Of a stretch of DNA of 64,000 bases, positions 12,240-24,553 are shown one piece after another; position 1 is the stretch's first letter; each line of letters opens with the position of its first letter. Position numbers and translations under genes: made by a program. Origin of the DNA: the human T2T-CHM13v2.0 reference genome, Homo sapiens; the NCBI RefSeq assembly GCF_009914755.1, contig NC_060925.1; one strand, written 5' to 3'. The notes beneath the pieces were generated by a model that worked only from the letters and a program-made list of their open reading frames with translations, was not told the origin of the DNA and did not search any database.

Positions 12240-12585
12240 GGAGCAGCTGCCCCACTACAGGCTACATTATCCAGCCTCCTGGCATTCAGGGCCAGTTTTT
12301 GCTGATGGGATATGAGCCTGAGTGGTCTGTGTCACTCCCAGGGTGAGAAAGGAATGTAGGTGAGTCTTTCCCTTTCTTCTCTATCTGCTAGCTGGATACA
12401 AGGATTCTGAGGACCAGGGAATGGTGGAGCTATAATACAGAGAAAGAAGCCTTAGCCCCTTGGTCACCACAAAGAGGAAGACTGTCTGCTGATGAGAATA
12501 CCCATACTGGGCTGGTATGAGAGAGCAAAATAGCCTTCTGTTGTGCAGCATCTATTTGTTCCCACAGCTCTTGTTAGCCTAACTT
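12240..12585 (+). mobile_element. MLT1J-like ERVL-MaLR solo LTR, degraded
   Basis: ccagcctcct...ggaatggtggagc...aagaagcc...tcaccac...gagagcaaaatagccttctgttgtg...tttgtt...agcctaact follows the old MLT1J layout. Confidence 0.55.
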
Positions 12586-14949
12586 ATGTGCCATCATCCC
12601 TCACTCTTCTATTCTTGTGTTTTTCTTCCTAGCATAGGCAGAAAAGGTCCATGCCCTAGTTTGAAGTTAAGCAGAGAAGGAATATGGTATTGGAGAAAAC
12701 CATCGAGGGAGGGCATACATGCTGGAGAGCTGGCAGAGTGCAAGGAGGTGGGGATTCAAAACCTGACGATATAAAAGTCATCCCCTGGGCAGTAACTTAA
12801 GTGAGCTGCTTATCTGGTATGGTCAATTACCATGCAGCACATATAACCGTTAGTATCATCATCTATTAATAATATGCGCTATGTTAACGTGGTTGTAGTT
12901 GCATTTGATGATAGCATTAAACTGTTTGCTCTGCCTTCTGTTGCTCATATTCAGGCTACCACATTATGTGTAACAAGGTCATTTGGTCATACTTAAAAAG
13001 AAAAACAACAAGAGAGGCAACATTAACAGGAAAGAAAACCTATGAAAGTCGACATAGCACAAAGCACATGCCTCCGGCTTTGGCTCCTTCAAGGTTGATA
13101 CTGTGTGGGATCTCGCCAATCACGAGTTTAGTTTCTGGCTTGTTTTTGTTTTTATTGTCAGCTCTTCCTTTCCAAATATATACAGAAGAGGCAAAAATAT
13201 ATTGCTTCAGAGTAGAAACTGAACATGACATCATCTTCTTCTCCAATTAAAAATTACAAAGGAAAGCATGCCTCGTGAGTAATAATAATAATCACAATTA
13301 AAATAATTGACATGTTTGAGTATTTAATATGGGCCAGCAGAACTCTAAGGGCTCCACTTGTCAAATGCAGGATTGTAAAGTTGGGCTCTCCCTGCAAGGC
13401 TGATGGGAGATGACCTGGCTTCTCCCTGCTCCTTGGCCCATCCCATTACCTTTGTTTCCCACGTACCTCTGGCTCAACTTAAGACCTGGGTATGTTTTGC
13501 ATGTGCAGCCCCTGTTCACCTTCCTCCACACCCTCCCTTCTGGAACAATCAGACTCTGCACCCTAGCTTTAGCAGATGTGGCTTTCTTTACCATATCCCT
13601 GTGTCCTATGCAAAGGTCTTCCTCTGACTAGGTTTTTCTGGGGAACAATGGCTAATCAAGCAAATTACTCCTTGTAATTAGTTCATCAAAGTGCTCCCCT
13701 TATAGCCATCAGATGCCTTCAGTGTCCTGGCTCATGTGCCCTCGAAGTCCTTCTGGAGTGGGTTAGAGTGAAAGGAGAACCTACCTTTATTGTGGTTTCT
13801 CTTAGCAGGAAGTACACGGGCCTATCTCTCTCTTTCATCCCCTCTGCCTCTCCTCCCAGTCAATCTACTACGTAACTACTGTTGCCCCTAAGATTGAACT
13901 TGTTTGACAAGCACAAGTCATGGTGCAATACAGCAGAATATCTGAAAATGAAAGTACCCCAGAAAATACAATGCCTATGGTTGTGTCCATCAGAGTCTGG
14001 ACTTCACATGTAACTTGCCTCATGTCTCTCCTGCCCCCGCATATGATGATAATTCTTGTTCCATGGAAGCCTCAGTCTACTTGAGACTTGAACCAAATGG
14101 GAACAATAGTCAAGTCAGAACAGCAGCCCGGTGGAGCTCAAAGGCTGACTTTTCACCACCTGGGGGACGTGAATGAGTCACTACTTCCAGGAGGGTTTTT
14201 TTAAGGATAGTTTAGCTTCTACTATGACACATCAGTCACTTGAGTTTCTGGGAATGAATATTGAGCCCAGGGAGTTGCTTGCTAGAAGGGAAAGCTAAAA
14301 AGTGGAGCTCAGGCCTTACAAGTCACGTTCTCCTCAGTTTCCATTTTTCTTGTGTGGATGTAGAATTTCTAAGTGGATTTGGGGCCTGGGAGGGCCTCCA
14401 AAGCCCAGTGTCTCTGACCTAGCTGCAGACCCAGTAACCCCAGGACCCTGTAATAGGCCCAGGTGAATAGAAGCTGTGTGTTGACAACAAAGGATGCTGG
14501 CAGGAGGCTGTGCGGGCAGGGAAAACCAAGGCTGGGCTGGTGCTGGGTGACCTTGGGGACAAGCATGTGTTTGACTTCTGTGCTTTCTCTACACGACTCA
14601 GCTAGAGTTTTGTTTTAAAAGCAGAACCAGATGCTGCCTCTGAGCTCAGCTTTAGGGCTGAAAATAAATTAGGAAAAGAGGGCTCCATGCAGCAAGGCAG
14701 CAGGGCAAGGAACGCAGCATGCCCTAAAAAAGCCATTAAGACCATGTCACAGAAGGGAAGTCTCCCTGTTCAAAGGGGCTGGACAGAAGAGGTCTGGAGC
14801 AGGAGGACGCTTAGACCTTTGGCTGGCTTTCCCCTTTTAGCAGTTGTGCTGTTAGCTAAAGGTGATCTCGGCAAAGAAATAGCCATCCAGTCCTAATGGG
14901 CAAGGAAGAAAAACAGAGCCAGGCAGAATGGCAATGGGCTTGTGCTCCA

Positions 14950-15643
14950 GTGGGTTAGAGAGGAGTCCAAGATGGCCCCAACATTTCCATCCCCTGGTAT
15001 ACATACCCTGCATGATGCCTCCCTGTGAGTGTGGCGAGGAACCTGTGAATATGGTGGGAGATCATGCCCATCATTATGTTATGTTGTAGGGCAATGGGGA
15101 GTTTGCAGATGCCTTTAAGTTCTCTAATTAGCTGACCCGAGTTAATCAAAAGGGGCTCTATCCTAGGTAATCTAGCCTGATCTAATCATGTGAGCCTTTA
15201 AAAGAAGGTGAAGTATCAGACACACTCTCCTGTTGGCCTGGAAGGAAGTAGACAGCCAAAATATAAAAAATAATAAAGGAAGTAAGCGGCTATGTTGTAA
15301 ATGGACTATGAATGTGACCATGTAGCTAGGACCTAGGGGTGAGCTGCAGAAGTTGAGATCAGCCCCCTGCCAATAGCCAGCAAGAAACTAGGTACTTCAG
15401 TCTGTTAACCACAGGAACTAAATTTCCCCAACCACCTGAATGAGCTTGGAAGAGGCCCCTGAGTTCCAAGTGAGAAACTGACCCAGCTGAAACATTGATT
15501 GCAGCCTTGTGAGGCCTGGGCAGAGGACCCAGCTATGTCATGCCCAGACTTTTGACCTAGAAAAACTGAGAGAGAATAAATGAGTGTTGTTTTAAGCCAT
15601 TAAGTTTGTGATAATTTGTCACACAGCAGTAGAAGACAAATAC
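14950..15643 (+). mobile_element. MLT1E-family solo LTR
   Basis: aagatggcccc...acctgtgaatatg...agttaatcaaaagg...cctgaatgagcttggaag...ttgcagccttgtgag...aataaatgagtgttgttttaagcc...taatttgtcacacagcagtaga. Confidence 0.85.
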
Positions 15644-15771
15644 GGCCAGCTAAAGACAGCAAATCAGTGGATATTTCTTGCCTCCTTCCTTCCTTCTTCT
15701 TAACTTCATCCTTTCTTCTTTCCTTTCTTGCTTCCTTCCTTGTCTCTCTTTTTGCCACCTATTTACGTCTA

Positions 15772-16060
15772 AATTCATTCATTCATTGATATATTGGCCC
15801 ATTCATCCATGTATTCATATTTTCAATCATGTATTCAACACTGTGAAGCACTGTGCTAAGGTGTGGGTCACAGTGGTGACCTGAGCACAGCCCCTGTCTT
15901 CAAAGCCAGTCTGGTGTGGGTACAGACAATGGCAATCATAATTCAGTGTAGTAGGAGTTATGATAGGCAAGAATACAGGGTACCAGGGATGGAAGCACAA
16001 TGCAATTTTGAGCAGTCGGGGTGGGGGCTTCTCAGTGGAAGAAGTTTCTCCATTGATTCC
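15772..16060 (-). mobile_element. L2 3' portion (resumes at 16695)
   Basis: attcattcattcatt terminus, gcactgtgctaaggtgtgg, cccctgtcttcaaag. Confidence 0.7.
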
Positions 16061-16071
16061 TGCAGTACAGA

Positions 16072-16275
16072 ACAATGGGTTCCAAACAGTGCTGCACATT
16101 GGAATCACTGGGGAAGATTAACTGACCCCCCATGCCTAGGTCCCACCTCAGACTCATTTAATCAGGATGTCTGGGGTGGGAGTCTAACTCAAATGGTATA
16201 GGGTATGACCTGAGCACTGGGATTTCAAAAAGCTTCCCACGTAACCCTAATATGCACCAAAGTTTGGGAACTCTG
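16072..16275. mobile_element. MER5-family hAT MITE
   Basis: ggttccaaac...gctgcacattggaatcactgggga...aagcttccca...aatatgcaccaaagtttgggaactctg. Confidence 0.75.
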
Positions 16276-16277
16276 AT

Positions 16278-16694
16278 GTGCAGAATGCTGGAGTGCTCTA
16301 TTCGGAGCACTCCTCTTTGGGGCAGACACATTGAACCCCCATGCAGGGAATATTGGCTGTTGAAAATCATAGCTGTGGCCCTCACTGAGAATTGCCCTGG
16401 GATAGAGGAAACTTTCCCATGCAAGACTTCCCTTTCCAGATCTTTGCAGGGATACAAACTCGGGGCTCCTTGCCTCAAATTGACACAATTCTGATGGGTC
16501 ATCCTAGTTCCAGAGCTTCCTGTAGGGTTGACTGAGGCCTCAGTTAAAGCCACATACAAATCAGTTCTTCCCACTGCTCAATCTTGCCTTCCTCACCTTC
16601 TTAGAGGCCCATCTCCCAAAAGTTCTCCCCAGTAAACCTCTTGCATGCAATTCCTTGGCTCAGAATACGTTTCCAGGAAAACCAGTCTAAAGCA
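16278..16694 (+). mobile_element. LTR16-family (ERVL) solo LTR
   Basis: gagaattgccct...cttgcctcaa...ccagagcttcctgtaggg...actgaggcct...agtaaacctcttgcatgcaa...ctcagaatacgtttccaggaaaacc 3' end. Confidence 0.75.
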
Positions 16695-16900
16695 ATGAAT
16701 AAGAGTTAGCACAATAAAGATGCAGTGGCGAGGGTTACAGACAGGGAGAACAGCACCTAAGGAAGCCCAGATGAAAGTGAGGCTGTTGAATTTTAGAAGA
16801 TGGTATATAAATTAACATGGTTGGAGTATAGAGTTGGAGGGTGGGAGAGATCAGAAGGTATGAAAGACATGATCAAATATGCCCAAGGCTGCAGGATGGA
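16695..16900 (-). mobile_element. L2 continuation
   Basis: agacagggagaacagca...catggttggagtatagag, collinear with the L2 at 15772-16060. Confidence 0.55.
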
Positions 16901-18234
16901 TGGACCCCCTAGACGAACCAAGGATATTCTTTGTTTTTTAAAGGGGTGCTACAATTATCCCATAAATATTAGAGCAGGGTTTGAGTGCCTGACACAGGAT
17001 CTTGAAATGTGGTCAGCATATGCTCATCCCAACCCTGCTCCCCAGGGTGTCCACATGTGTGAATTAGAGAAAATAGGATGCCCCGCCGCAGTGGCGCATG
17101 AGTGGACACAGGTCCATATGAACAGCCAGTACACGTTGCTGAGGATGACTGGGAGACCAGAGGACCCATGGCTGAGGGAAGAGAAGCCTCCCTAAGATGA
17201 GAAGGCGCAGCTGAATGGGCCTCTGAAAGGCTGCATTCCAACAGCAATGGGCCCTGAGGATGGATCCCAACCAAGGACAGGGCTTATGCCTCGGTGCTCA
17301 GAGTTTAAGGAAGCGACAGACCCACGTTCTTTTTCTGTAATGGATTGTAATAGCACTATTCATATGGAAGGAATCAATATATTTTTAGAGTGTTATATTA
17401 TCATATATTATCTATAAATTAGGTAATATATATATGAGAGTACTTGGTAAACAGAAAAAGAGCTGTACAGATGAAAGGTATTATGTCTTCGTCTATGGTA
17501 TTTATGTAAATGAGCCGACAGGGATGACTGTCACCGGGAAACTGTAAATCCCTGTACAAATGAGAAGCTGCACGATTAGGTATTTCACAAGGTACCTTGG
17601 GCCCCGGGCAGGCAGGTCCTGGCTTCCTTTCCACAAGGGCAGCTTTCTCCCAGCAGAATGAGTGCTGTGTGCAGAGCGAGTGGGCTGAAATCTCATGACG
17701 CTCCATTCACGGAGCCGTGGAATAACAGCATTCAAGCTGAGCAATTTGCAGAGAGTAAATTAAGGGGAATGAAACTCCTGTAACAGATCCTGGGAGGAGG
17801 GAGGAGACAAAGAGGAAGATGGGGGAGGCAGGCAGAAATTTTTCAGCAATGCCTTCCTTTTGAGGTAATCTGTTACGTGCAGCCTGCAGGGAATCGAAGC
17901 CAGGCCAAATTGTGCCCGCATGGAATGCTCTTCTGGGTGGGATGTTGGGTTTACATATTGACAAAGGGCTTCTAGTCTCCAAAAGCCTTCTCCAAGTGCA
18001 GCCTCATGGCGGATGCTGCAATGGGCTGCACCGCGGGGTGTACGAAGAAGGCTGATGCCCAGGAGCTCTTCGAGGATTCACACTTGTTTTGCCAATGATG
18101 AGGCTGGTCCTAGAAGGAACTGGTCTTTGAAGGGAGTTTCTAGAGTGAAAAATCTCCTTTGGGCTCAATGGTTCAGCTAGCATCTTTAATATTTCATATT
18201 ACCGTGATTCCAGCTGTCACTTCTCATTCAACCA

Positions 18235-18400
18235 ATACTCAATGAGTGGCTGTCTTTTCCAGGCCCAGTGCTAGGCGCTCTGCATGCATTATCTCTGTAT
18301 CCCTTACAATACTGCAAGGTAGGTACCATTAGTATCTGTTGTATAGATGTGGACACTGAGGCTTCAAGAGGTTGGATAACTGCTCCACCCAAGCAGAGGA
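18235..18400 (-). mobile_element. MIR SINE
   Basis: cagtgctaggcgctctgcatgcattatctc...aggtaggtaccatt...tagatgtggacactgaggctt. Confidence 0.75.
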
Positions 18401-18737
18401 GGCAGGTAGCAGTGAACATAGCTCACTAGAATCGACACTTTGTGCAGCTGCTAACATCTTGCAGCTTCAGCAGCCTCTAAACTCCGTCCTTCACCCTCAC
18501 CCCTGTCCTGCCTCCGCTGTGAGTCGGGTGCTCATTTCTCCCCCTCACTCTGGCTGTGGCTGCTGTCTCCAGGTCTACTCAGTGTGGAGAGCACCTCCTG
18601 CCCTGTCAGCTGATGTCCCTGTGGGTCACTCCCCTCCCCAAGGCAAGTGAGTCCTGCTGCTCCCTCAGCATGGAGCCCCCGGCCTTCCATAAGGAAAAGG
18701 TTTAGTCAGGAAAGCTCCAGGAAAGCTAGGTCAGAGT

Positions 18738-19118
18738 GGTTATCAGAACTGGTTCCCCATGTGTTGGAGCCCTAGTCCCCAGCACCTCAGAATGTCACTG
18801 TATTTGGAACTAGGGCCTTTAAAGAGGTGATCAAATTAAAATAGGTCATATGAGCGAGCCCTACTCTGGTATGACTGGTGTCCTTAGAAGAAGAAGAAAT
18901 TTGGACACAAGTACAGAGGGAAGATGATGGGAAGAGATACAGGGAGGAGGTGGCCATCTAGAAGCCAAGGAGAGAGGACTGGAACAGATCCCTTTCTCAC
19001 GGTCTGCCGACACCTGGACCTCAGACTCCCAGCCTCCAGGACTGTGTGGCGATTCCCGCCTGCTGTGCAAGCCCTTGCCTGTGGGACGCTGTTCGGCCAG
19101 GTCCAGGAACCGAATACA
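18738..19118 (+). mobile_element. MLT1B-like solo LTR
   Basis: cacctcagaatgtcactgtatttgga...gactggtgtccttagaagaag...gccaaggagagagg...cagcctccaggactgtg...aataca. Confidence 0.85.
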
Positions 19119-19600
19119 AGGTCGTTTCCAATCTGCAGCCCCCAAACCCAGGCTGCCTCGGCTGTGCCCACCTCTGGTCCTCTCCCTCCCGCGTGTTTTG
19201 GCTGCTTGGCATTTATTTAGCCCTCTCTGCTGACAGGAGCGGCTCTGCGCCACAGTACGACAGGAAGCCTGGCTCCCCTGCAGAACTCTTTCCCACTGGG
19301 CTTATCTCGGGCTTCCCCCGGCGAGGCAGGAGCGGGACTGACGGGCTGGCTGAAAGGCAGCTGAGAGATCCCTACCCAGGGCTGACTGAGCGAGCAGGGA
19401 GACCGCGCGCTAAGCATGCGTTCTCAGCCCTCCTCCGTTCCCCGGGGACGCAGGGGCTTTTTCCAGGAGGTCAGCAACCCGCCTCACTACACCTATGGAG
19501 GAGGCCAGAGACGTCAGAGTAGCGCCTGGGCTGAGGCAAGAGCTGAGATCCCTTCAAGACATTACCCACGCCCGAACCAGCACCACCTCAGTGGGCAGCG
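19000..19600. promoter_or_regulatory. Orphan CpG-rich segment (borderline CpG island)
   Basis: About 33 CpGs counted by eye in ~600 bp of GC-rich sequence (e.g. gaccgcgcgctaagcatgcg), far above the rest of the non-Alu window. Confidence 0.55.
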
Positions 19601-19604
19601 TGCT

Positions 19605-20070
<466 letters not shown>

Positions 20071-20384
20071 CTATAAATGATGAGCACAATAATTACCTAC
20101 CAGGTGAGGTGGGATAGGGAGGAGAATTGGGAAGCCATCCTTAGTGGCACTAGGCTGCTCTGGAAGGATGATCCTATGAAGGAACACTGAGTAATAGAAG
20201 CCTCCTTCAACTTTCTGAATAAGCCTCAAAACACTTTTAAAAAGGTGCTGATTCAAGAGTGCCTTTCTGTTATATTTGTTCAGAAACAATGTGTTTCCTG
20301 TTTTCCTTCCAAATTGTTAGTGGTCATTGAGAGCACTTTTGTGGGTTATATTCTAGCCAACATTCTAAACACTTATGTTAGCTC

Positions 20385-20773
20385 AGAAACTAAATCGTGT
20401 CCCCCCAGATTCATATGTTGAAGTCCTAACCCCCAGTACTTGAGAATGTGGCTGTTTTTGGAAATAGGACCATTAAAGAGATGATTAATGAAGCCGTTAG
20501 GGTGGGCCCTAGGCTAATCTGACTGGCATCCCTATAAGAAGAGGTGACTGGAGCACATGGCAAGGGGACACACATGCGTGGGGAAAAGGCCCTGTGAGGA
20601 GGCAGTGAGAAGACCCCCTTTGCAAGCCTAAGAGAGAGGCCTCAGAGGAAACGCATCCTGCCAACACTTTGATCTTGGACTTCAGCCTCCAGAACTGTGA
20701 GAAAATAGACTTCTGGTTTTGAAGACTCACAATCTGCAATCACTTGCTAGGGCAGTCCAAGCAAACAAACACA
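20385..20773 (+). mobile_element. MLT1A/MLT1A0 solo LTR
   Basis: gtgtccccccagattcatatgttgaagtcctaacccccag...gatcttggacttcagcctccagaactgtgagaaaata. Confidence 0.88.
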
Positions 20774-20814
20774 ATCATCACAACAATGAGGCAGGGAATA
20801 GCATTGGTCCCATT

Positions 20815-21060
20815 TTGAGTCATTCACTTATTTGGGACAGATATTCTAGGCACCCACTCTGGGCCAGGCCTCAGTTAGGTGCCAAGGATGGACTGGACAC
20901 AGGCTTGCCCTGGAAGAGATAAAAGACTGGTGTGCTTATGTGAGGTGGAGACAGACAAGTAAGCAGACCCTAACAGTATAGCAGGGGTGCGTGTCACAAC
21001 AGGGAGTGTGCGGGCCACAGGGTCCTGGTGGCACAGAGGGTCATGAAGCCAAGTCAGATG
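20815..21060 (-). mobile_element. L2 3' fragment
   Basis: tcattcacttatt...gggccaggcc...taggtgccaaggat...cttgccctggaaga...ggagacagacaagtaa. Confidence 0.6.
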
Positions 21061-21579
21061 GGCTGTATGTAAAGTCTTCATTTGGGTTCGCTGCTCAGTG
21101 TTTGCAAAGCCCTTGCCAGTGCTCCGTGGATAAGGACAGCCACAGTGCCTGAGCCTCCACCTCCCTCTGCAGTGGTGCGTGTGCCCCGCTGGGGGTGGAG
21201 AGCAGGGGCAGTGTCTGGGGATACAGGCCAACGAGGATGGAGTTGCTATGATGCACCCTCAGTGCCACACGAGATTTCATGGGTTGCCTGGGAATCCTGA
21301 TTTCAAGGATTCCAAATATTAATTCACTTGCAGGCTCTTTTGGGTCTTCCCACAATGGTCTTCCCTCTTTCTGCCATCAGAGTTCTTTTTTTCTAAAATA
21401 GAACCACAGCTAATGATAACTGAACACTCCTATGTGCCAGGAATGTTACATGAGTCCTTTGATATCATCACCTGACGGAGTCCCAGAGTCTCCCTGAGTA
21501 TCTGAGGCTGTTGATAGCCCTTGCTTTCTTGTCTGTCCGCCTCACATCTGATCCCCCCTTCCCTGTCCCCCTACCTGAC

Positions 21580-21912
21580 ACATACCCCATACTTCAGGCC
21601 TATATAGCCTCAACCTTATTCTTGCTCTCTCCTGTTTCTATAACAGTCCTCAGCCTCACATGTTTTCCCACCCAGCATAATGAACTCCTACATATCCTTC
21701 AAGACCCAGTTTCTTCTATTTGTTTTCATGCAGTACCCAGAAAATACTTCTATTAAAATACTTGTCACAATCTATCACCTCCAACATGTTTTCATGTCTC
21801 TGTCTGGCACCAGCATGAGTGACAAGGAGGGGCTGTTTGCTCATTTTGTATCTCCAGCATCTAGCACATCAGTGATGCAAAGTAGGCATTAAAGCAATCT
21901 CTGTGGAATTTA
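21580..21912 (+). mobile_element. L2 3' fragment
   Basis: aactcctacatatccttcaagacccag...ttttgtatctccagcatctagcaca...agtaggcattaa. Confidence 0.6.
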
Positions 21913-22012
21913 CTTATCTATTTATCTTTGTTTTTTCTCCTTTTGAATTCTGGTGTTTTTGCTATAGGAATAACCAACTATGGTCTTGTCCCTTTTTTAA
22001 AAAGACTGTATC

Positions 22013-22300
22013 CAGGAACAGAAAACCAAACACCACATGTTCTCACTTGTAAGTGGGAGTTGAACAATGAGAACACATAGACACAGGGAGGGAAAGATCA
22101 CACAGGAGGGTCTGTCGCGGGGTGGGGGCAAGGGAAGGGAGGGCATTAGGACAGATACGTCATGTATGTGGGGCTTAAAACCTAGATGATGGGTTGATAT
22201 GTGCAGCAAACCACCATGGCACATTCATATCTATGTAACAAACCTACAAGTTCTGCATATGTATCCTAGAACTTAAAGTAAAATTAAAATAAATAAATAA
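22013..22300 (+). mobile_element. L1PA8-like 3' end (heavily 5'-truncated)
   Basis: gggcttaaaacctagatgatgggttgat...agaacttaaagtaaaat with (TAAA)n tail. Imperfect TSD aaagactgtat (22001-22011) / atagactgtgt (22301-22311) after a TTTT/AA site. Confidence 0.88.
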
Positions 22301-22354
22301 ATAGACTGTGTATCTTTAAGTGGGAAGAACCCTAGATACAGCCCTGTTGGTTGC

Positions 22355-22880
22355 TGTGGTGAGCAGCCTTTGGGATGGTCCCCAGTCATGCCACCTCCTG
22401 GTATTCACACCCTTGTCTAATTCCCTTCCCTGGAGTGGGGGCTGGATTTATTGACTCACTTCTAACAATTAGAATATGGCAGAAGTGACTGGATTATAAA
22501 AAGACCAGGTCACTTTTAAGACTGGGTTATAAAAAGGCTGTGGCTTCTGTCCTGGGGCTTTTTCACTCTCAAACTGCTCACTGTGGCAGTAGCCAGCTGC
22601 CATGTAAAGTAGCCCTGTGGAGAGGCCCACATGATGAGAAGAGGCCCTCGAGGACCCATGGGTGTGCGTGGGAGCAAATCTTTCTCCAGTTCTGCCTTGA
22701 GATGACTGCATCCCCAGCTAACAGCTTGATTGTAACCTCACAAGAGACCCTGAATGTGAACAAACCAACTAAGCTTCTTCCAGATTCCTGGCCCTCAGAA
22801 ACTGTGAAGCACTGAATGATTGTTGTCTTAAGCCAGTTAGTGTGGGGTCATTTGTGACTCAACAATAGACAATTAATACA
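22355..22880 (+). mobile_element. MLT1F-family solo LTR
   Basis: tgtggt...cctcctggtattcacacccttg...agaatatggcagaagtga...ggagaggcccacatg...cagattcctggccctcagaaactgtga...aatagacaattaataca. Confidence 0.88.
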
Positions 22881-23948
22881 ATCATGTACTCAAAACGACT
22901 TTCTTGTACTTCTCCCTTCTGACTCCTGCAGCACCATGTGAATGAGCTCCTGGGCAGAAACCATCTCATGTGTCCTAATGATGTGAGTCAGCCCTAGTCA
23001 GCCCTCTCCTCAGAAGTAGATGATAGATTCTTTGAAGGCAGGGACTGTATCTTAAAAGTAAATAGACATTCTTCAAGAGTATTTATGGAATTAACTTGGA
23101 AGAATTTTCCTGTTTCCTAGCAGGAAACCAGTATGAGCCATTATTTTGCTGGGGCAGTTGTTTCTAGTTTTCTCTTTCTTTCTGGACCAGCCTAGGAAGT
23201 ATGATCCTTCCTCCGCCAGTGGTGTTTTTATTTGATAACAGTAAAAAAAGAAAAGTTTTGACCTAACACCTACAAGCTTTTTTCAATTACCTGGTGAAGT
23301 TACTTAAGCTGAACTCTTTTTGCAGCACTGATCCTTTTCTTTCTCCTTTCGAATTGCTAGATGGGAGAGAAAATGGTCTTTGGATGATAAAGCCTGTTTC
23401 CAGGTTATCTTTGAGAAAAATGTAATCCACTGTATTCTTCTGCTCCGAGTTTTTCTCCTGCCTCCTGATTTTCTTGGCTCTTATCTCCTTTTCATTATTT
23501 CACAGTTGCCTGGGCACCTAAAGAACTTCTCCCTCCCTAACTCCCTGACCCTCACTTTCCAGAGTTTTTTTCATGGCACTTCCAAGCCACCTCACCCCTG
23601 ATGCTTGACACTAGTGTTGAGAAAAAGCTGGCAGAGAGGACAGTCTTCCAGAAAATGATCTTTTCCAGTCAACTCAATAATAACTTGGCCTAATAGTAAA
23701 CCTAAAGAGTTAAGAATTCATAGTCTGATGTTAGCTTGAAAGTGCTGTATCTAAACTCTTTCTAACCAATAAAGAATGGATGCTTTGTTAAATGTAGAGA
23801 TCTCTGGACCAGGGACCATCTTGTACTGTATTTTTAAACTTCCTTCTTTTTCCTGAGGATTGAACTAACATTTTCCAAATGGTGGAGACAGGCTTTATGG
23901 GGTGTGTGTATGTGTATGTGTTAAATTCTTTTCTAAAATGTATTTAAG

Positions 23949-24257
23949 GTCCAGGCATAGTGGCTCACACTCATCTGTAATCCCAGCACTTTGGGAGGAT
24001 GAGGCGGGCAGATTGCTTGAGCCCAGGAGTTTGAGAACAGTCTGGGGAACATGGCAAAATCCTGTCTCTATAAAAAAAATATAAAAATTAGCTGTATGTG
24101 GTGGTGCATGCCTGTAGTCCCAGGTACTCAGGAGGCTGAGGTGGGAGGATCACTTGAGCCCAGGAGGTCGAGGCCACAGTGAGTCATGTTTGTACCACTG
24201 CACTCCAGCCCGGATGACAGAGCAAGACCCTGTCTTGAAAATAAATGAAATGAAATG
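23949..24257 (+). mobile_element. AluJ
   Basis: J-type diagnostics (ttgagcccaggag in both arms, gaccctgtct). TSD AAATGTATTTAAG at 23936-23948 and 24258-24270. Confidence 0.93.
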
Positions 24258-24533
24258 AAATGTATTTAAGGGTTTTCCTCTTCTAAGTCCAGGGACTTTA
24301 TTTTGTCTGTAAATTACATCCTCATCTTCAAAGTGCACTTGATCCTAAGAACTGTGAAGACCTTTGCCCAAAGCAAAGAAAAAAAAAAAGACACCACAAG
24401 TTACCATCCGTGTGCACAAAAGTTATCTGTTACTTTTGACCCTCACTCAGTTTACAACCTCTATCCCGTGTCCCCCATGGCCTTTCCTGGTGAGAGTCAG
24501 CACCATCATTATTGTTTCCTATCCCTCTTCCAG

Positions 24534-24553
24534 GATGGAGGTCGTTGTACCAG
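24534..24553 (+). other. Candidate 20-nt micro-exon (unverified)
   Basis: tgtttcctatccctcttccag|GATGGAGGTCGTTGTACCAG|gtgagt: strong acceptor and consensus donor. Confidence 0.3.

Noticed and set aside
12586-12774. Peptide SREGI repeated twice with different codons in a 62-aa ORF
   Set aside because: Only five residues, with no other coding signal; compatible with chance among hundreds of ORFs.
12834-12845. GCAGCACATATA matches U6 snRNA
   Set aside because: A 12-nt match only; the flanks do not extend and there is no TSD.
19046-19522. 158-aa ORF over the CpG-rich segment
   Set aside because: It starts inside an LTR, and stop-poor frames are expected in GC-rich DNA.
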